The notes under the pieces were generated by a model. The model ran no database searches. It had not been told where the DNA came from and saw nothing but the letters and a program-made list of their open reading frames with translations. Both the position numbers and the translations under genes were made by a program. A DNA stretch of 64,000 nucleotides, taken from a candidate division WOR-3 bacterium (lineage in GTDB: Bacteria > Hydrothermota > UBA3072). The DNA is taken from the NCBI GenBank assembly GCA_016930175.1, contig JAFGHJ010000013.1, forward strand, positions 164,745 to 228,744. Reading direction: 5' to 3'. Below, piece after piece: positions 61,401 through 64,000 of the stretch. The stretch's first letter is position 1; each line of letters opens with the position of its first letter.

Positions 61401-64000
61401 TCTTTGGTACTGATAACTTTTTTGACAAGTGTATTTTCGACTCTGAATTTTCCTTCTGGTGTTTTAGTTTTAACCGAGTGATATTCTCTTTTTATCAGTT
61501 TAACAGTTAACGGGATTCCTTTTAAAGCTTCTCCTTCAGGTGATGATACTATAACCGATGCTTTCAAAATATCCTTTGCCGCGATTATCCAGTCGTTGAG
61601 TTTTATTCCGATAAGCCGTTTGTCCGGCAGCACCGTAATACTTTTGTTTACTGAGGAAGTTTGTCTTGAAACGTCTGTTACCTCCACATCGCAAAGATAA
61701 GTCATATTATAAGGAACATCATCTCGTCGAAGAGTAATGGTTTTGGAAGCTTTGCCGGTTTCATCCAGCTCTATGGTTTCGCGTAGGTAGCTGCCGCTGA
61801 TCGAAGATTTTTCTTCCTGCAGGTAGTAGGGGACGCCGAAGGAAAATCCTTCCCAGCCTTCCGGTCTGAAATATGTCCTTCGGCGAGTTATATTGAGGGA
61901 TGAAGATGCTTTTGCCATAGGTGCGCCGAAATAATAATTTCCTTCCCATGAAATTCTAAAGGGTTCTCCGGGTAAAACTATTTTCTTATTGACATCCATT
62001 TTGACTTCGAACTCCGGCACTCTAAATTCAGCCAATCTGAAATTACCGTAAAATCTTAAATTGTGTTTTGTGTTTTCTGCAGTTATATTGTAATAACCGA
62101 GGGGTTGTCCTTCTTTTGTGGGTATTTCAAGATCGAAAGTCCCGAATTCGTTCACTCTTACTTGTCCTATCTGTTTTTCTCCGCCGTGAGGATCCCGTAG
62201 CTTGACTTCGAAAGGCATTTCCTTTCCCGTTAGCAGTTTTCCGTAAAGAAGATATCTTACCACACCTTTTAATCTTACGGTATCGCCCGGACGATACAGA
62301 TGCTGATCTGAGAATATCGTCCCTCTGCATAGTGGTCTTTCCGCCTCCCAGTCTGAACTTATGCCGAAGTTCCAGAGAGAGGGGTTTCCTCCGCTTTCTG
62401 TATGGATAAAGGTCCAGTCATCGTCTTTTTCCGCTACTATTAAAAGCGTTGGCGGTTCGGCAAATCCAAATCTTTCCTGGTCATATAAAATGTCGTCAGG
62501 GTCGGCTTCCGGTGGATAAAGTTCATTCAATATTTTATTGCTTATTCTTCTTTTTGTACATTTTTGCATTTGTGAGCTTGAAAGAGTTAGCAATCCTTCG
62601 GAATCCGTTGCTCCTTCGAAACAGGGGGCAATCCTGCTTATATTTTTATCGGTAATGAGGTCCCATATTCTCTCGAGTCTCGGAAGGTCGTCTTCTCTGT
62701 ATATTTTGATTTTTGCCTTATCAATGGGTTTTCCGTCAGTTAATTGGTTTAATTTGATTATACCTCCGGTTGGATGTAACTGGGTGTATATTCCGATATT
62801 AGTTCTGAGAATCAAGCCGTTAAATGTTATGGGATTACTATAGCATTTTACTTGAGGAGAGGTGAATCTGTAAGCGACCGCGCCAAATTTTCCGGCTCGC
62901 AGATAAGGTCCCAGATCGAAATAGGCTTTACCGACTTTTACATCATTTAGTTTGATATCCTGACGCAGTTCTTCCGTTCTTAGATTATTAATAAGATCAT
63001 CTATTGAGTAGTAATAGTTTAATCTTTCTCTGACCAAAATATCTTTGGGTTCTAATCCCTGTATAATAAAGAAACTTTTATCTATATTAACCGTTTTTAT
63101 TCCCAGTTTGGGCTCTATGTTGGGTGTTATAATTTGATACCCGCTCGGACCCCACATTTTCGGAGTTAGTTCTCCTGTTGTAAAAGAAATTTGCTGAGGG
63201 TTTCCTAACTTCTGTCCGTAAATGTCTGTGAGATCGGCTCTCAGGTTTACAGTATATTTCGTATTGGGTTCTAATAGATTATCATCGACCCCGAGGTCGT
63301 AAGCTATATAGCAATCGGAGTAATTCCTTAATGGATTTTCCTCTGCTTTTGGGCTGATAATAACATTTTTCTCTGCGCTTTCCCACTCCGGCTCATTTGT
63401 GAAAGCTATATATGGAGGTGTTGTAAGTTTATATCCACAGTGATCACAGAAGCCGGATTGAATAAATCTAAAAGGAGGATAGGTGGTGAAAATCGTTGTG
63501 TATTCTCTTTCCGTCGGTCTGTTTCCTCTTTCAGTCATTACTCCCGGATTTATTATAACTGTATAGCGGGTGTCTTTTTTTAATTCTCTTACAGGTTTTA
63601 ATATATAATTGTATCTTAAACTATACATTCCGATGTCCTGTTCATCTTCAGGGTTTTTTTCATGTTCCAGAAATTTGTAATTTACTTTTCTTTTTGTTTC
63701 GGTTTCGAAGAATTCTATTTTATTTTTTAGAGATTCTAAATTTAAAGAGGTGTTGCTTGTTATGTAAACTTCCTGGTCTAATTTAATGTGATGTGAACCA
63801 TTATATGGACTAATATTTATATCCGGTAGAGGAGTTTTAAATTCCCAGCTAAAATCTTCCGAAAGTGTATTTCCTGCAATATCTTTTATTCCTTTTTTAA
63901 CTGTTACAATATAATACGTAGCCATTGGAAGGCTGTGTTCCGGTTCAAATACCACGCCAGAAGTTCCGAGAATCCTGAATTTTCCTTCGATAGGAGGTTC
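58439..64000 (-). CDS. Bacterial alpha-2-macroglobulin (5' end outside window)
   Basis: YRPGD, LPDNLTTWR, LPRFAR.GD, thioester YPYGCLEQ, RDDRV; frame open to the window edge. Confidence 0.95.
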   Translation of the reverse strand, partial: EPPIEGKFRILGTSGVVFEPEHSLPMATYYIVTVKKGIKDIAGNTLSEDFSWEFKTPLPDINISPYNGSHHIKLDQEVYITSNTSLNLESLKNKIEFFETETKRKVNYKFLEHEKNPEDEQDIGMYSLRYNYILKPVRELKKDTRYTVIINPGVMTERGNRPTEREYTTIFTTYPPFRFIQSGFCDHCGYKLTTPPYIAFTNEPEWESAEKNVIISPKAEENPLRNYSDCYIAYDLGVDDNLLEPNTKYTVNLRADLTDIYGQKLGNPQQISFTTGELTPKMWGPSGYQIITPNIEPKLGIKTVNIDKSFFIIQGLEPKDILVRERLNYYYSIDDLINNLRTEELRQDIKLNDVKVGKAYFDLGPYLRAGKFGAVAYRFTSPQVKCYSNPITFNGLILRTNIGIYTQLHPTGGIIKLNQLTDGKPIDKAKIKIYREDDLPRLERIWDLITDKNISRIAPCFEGATDSEGLLTLSSSQMQKCTKRRISNKILNELYPPEADPDDILYDQERFGFAEPPTLLIVAEKDDDWTFIHTESGGNPSLWNFGISSDWEAERPLCRGTIFSDQHLYRPGDTVRLKGVVRYLLYGKLLTGKEMPFEVKLRDPHGGEKQIGQVRVNEFGTFDLEIPTKEGQPLGYYNITAENTKHNLRFYGNFRLAEFRVPEFEVKMDVNKKIVLPGEPFRISWEGNYYFGAPMAKASSSLNITRRRTYFRPEGWEGFSFGVPYYLQEEKSSISGSYLRETIELDETGKASKTITLRRDDVPYNMTYLCDVEVTDVSRQTSSVNKSITVLPDKRLIGIKLNDWIIAAKDILKASVIVSSPEGEALKGIPLTVKLIKREYHSVKTKTPEGKFRVENTLVKKVISTKEIISTITPREFTFSPEEAGSYFVLAELTENPNSGTAAAASVWVAGESYVPWEETGEDKLEIIMDKDEYKVGDTVKAFIKSPFPEAELFITVCREKILLKDSKKIKGGGFTYNFVVTEDMLPNAYVGAVLYRLGEAIVPVEEETGKHMEKIGFKDFNVSISDKYLQVEITPSSKKLRPAEELNVDIKVTRTDRKGHRSELTVMIVDEAVLSLTGYTPPDLVQIVYAHRGLSARITDNRPFIITKEELLQKGYGYGGGAERMVGGPMVRKKFLKLAYYNPHLVTDKNGQAHFSFKLPDNLTTWRIMVVSIGENDLFGYKDEKVVATQPFVLRPILPRFARIGDEFNSGVAITNSTEGEGVVKVSAELSGESIILNQNEAQTSETAIKSGQSTTILFPFKAACKGESTLKFTAYFTGTFGGEKIKESDAVQTTLMVKELLATETVVAVGETKEEAEQAIKVDESVRKDMGGLEVTLSSTALTNIGEGAKYLVEYPYGCLEQTSSRLLALVQLKFLSDKYSFELEAVKPVDKVIEANIRKILLMQNSDGGFKFWPTSWRSDCYLSPYVAYLFKRCEDLGYKIPDDAKNELLNFLEYTLRNPCYPFFSWKALAEYRINILLGMHYLDKNDETYFEEYFNRRNELSFGAQISLAFLLYKSGRWEKEAQTLLKEIKNGMFVTAQTAHFESPKDLPPSWLFMYSPIITTADATKLFLEMEPESEFISKFARYMLNARKNGRWRYTYENAKAMDALVEISLKREAEPPKYSADLFIAGEKILTHMFKGHQYKPFEEFIPIAKLPEGLAKIELSKKGSGYLYYVLSYSYRLKGAQASRNEGLTIKRTVRNKDTGKLIAEYENKPLVPVNIKAGDVLEVELEFKVKQTSYHLVIDDPIPSGLEAIDASLVTTSTRYDIDSQERTTIGGSWNPINHTELRDDRVALFSDMVKPGIYKYKYLLRATTSGYFLWPCSKVSLMYEPEQFGTSSEGFIKILNE

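Overview
Low-GC bacterial chromosome segment. Two secreted proteins with T9SS-type C-terminal sorting domains suggest an FCB-superphylum lineage, possibly candidate division WOR-3 (inference). Core content: dcw cluster (murE-murF-mraY-murD-ftsW-murG-murC-murB-ftsQ-ftsA-ftsZ), ligA, grpE-dnaK-dnaJ, trkH-trkA, rimP-nusA-infB-DUF503-rbfA-nrnA, lysA, pyk, ogt, uvrB-nadC, a split fumarate hydratase plus malic enzyme, and alpha-2-macroglobulin-pbpC. Small accessory genes lie between these blocks. No rRNA, tRNA, CRISPR array or classical transposase was seen. The main unexplained signal is a family of modular intergenic repeats at about 14 sites. They combine CAC-anchored 8-10-nt-period arms, degenerate 7/8-mer tandem runs and C-rich tracts, and they are strongly oriented. 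They include a ~730-bp, 10-module stack after ligA. Near-perfect inverted copies (25/27 nt) bracket a GxxExxY PD-(D/E)XK-fold gene inserted inside the fumarase-malic enzyme operon. This suggests a repeat-bounded cassette or mobile system associated with GxxExxY proteins. That interpretation is inference and needs comparative genomics.
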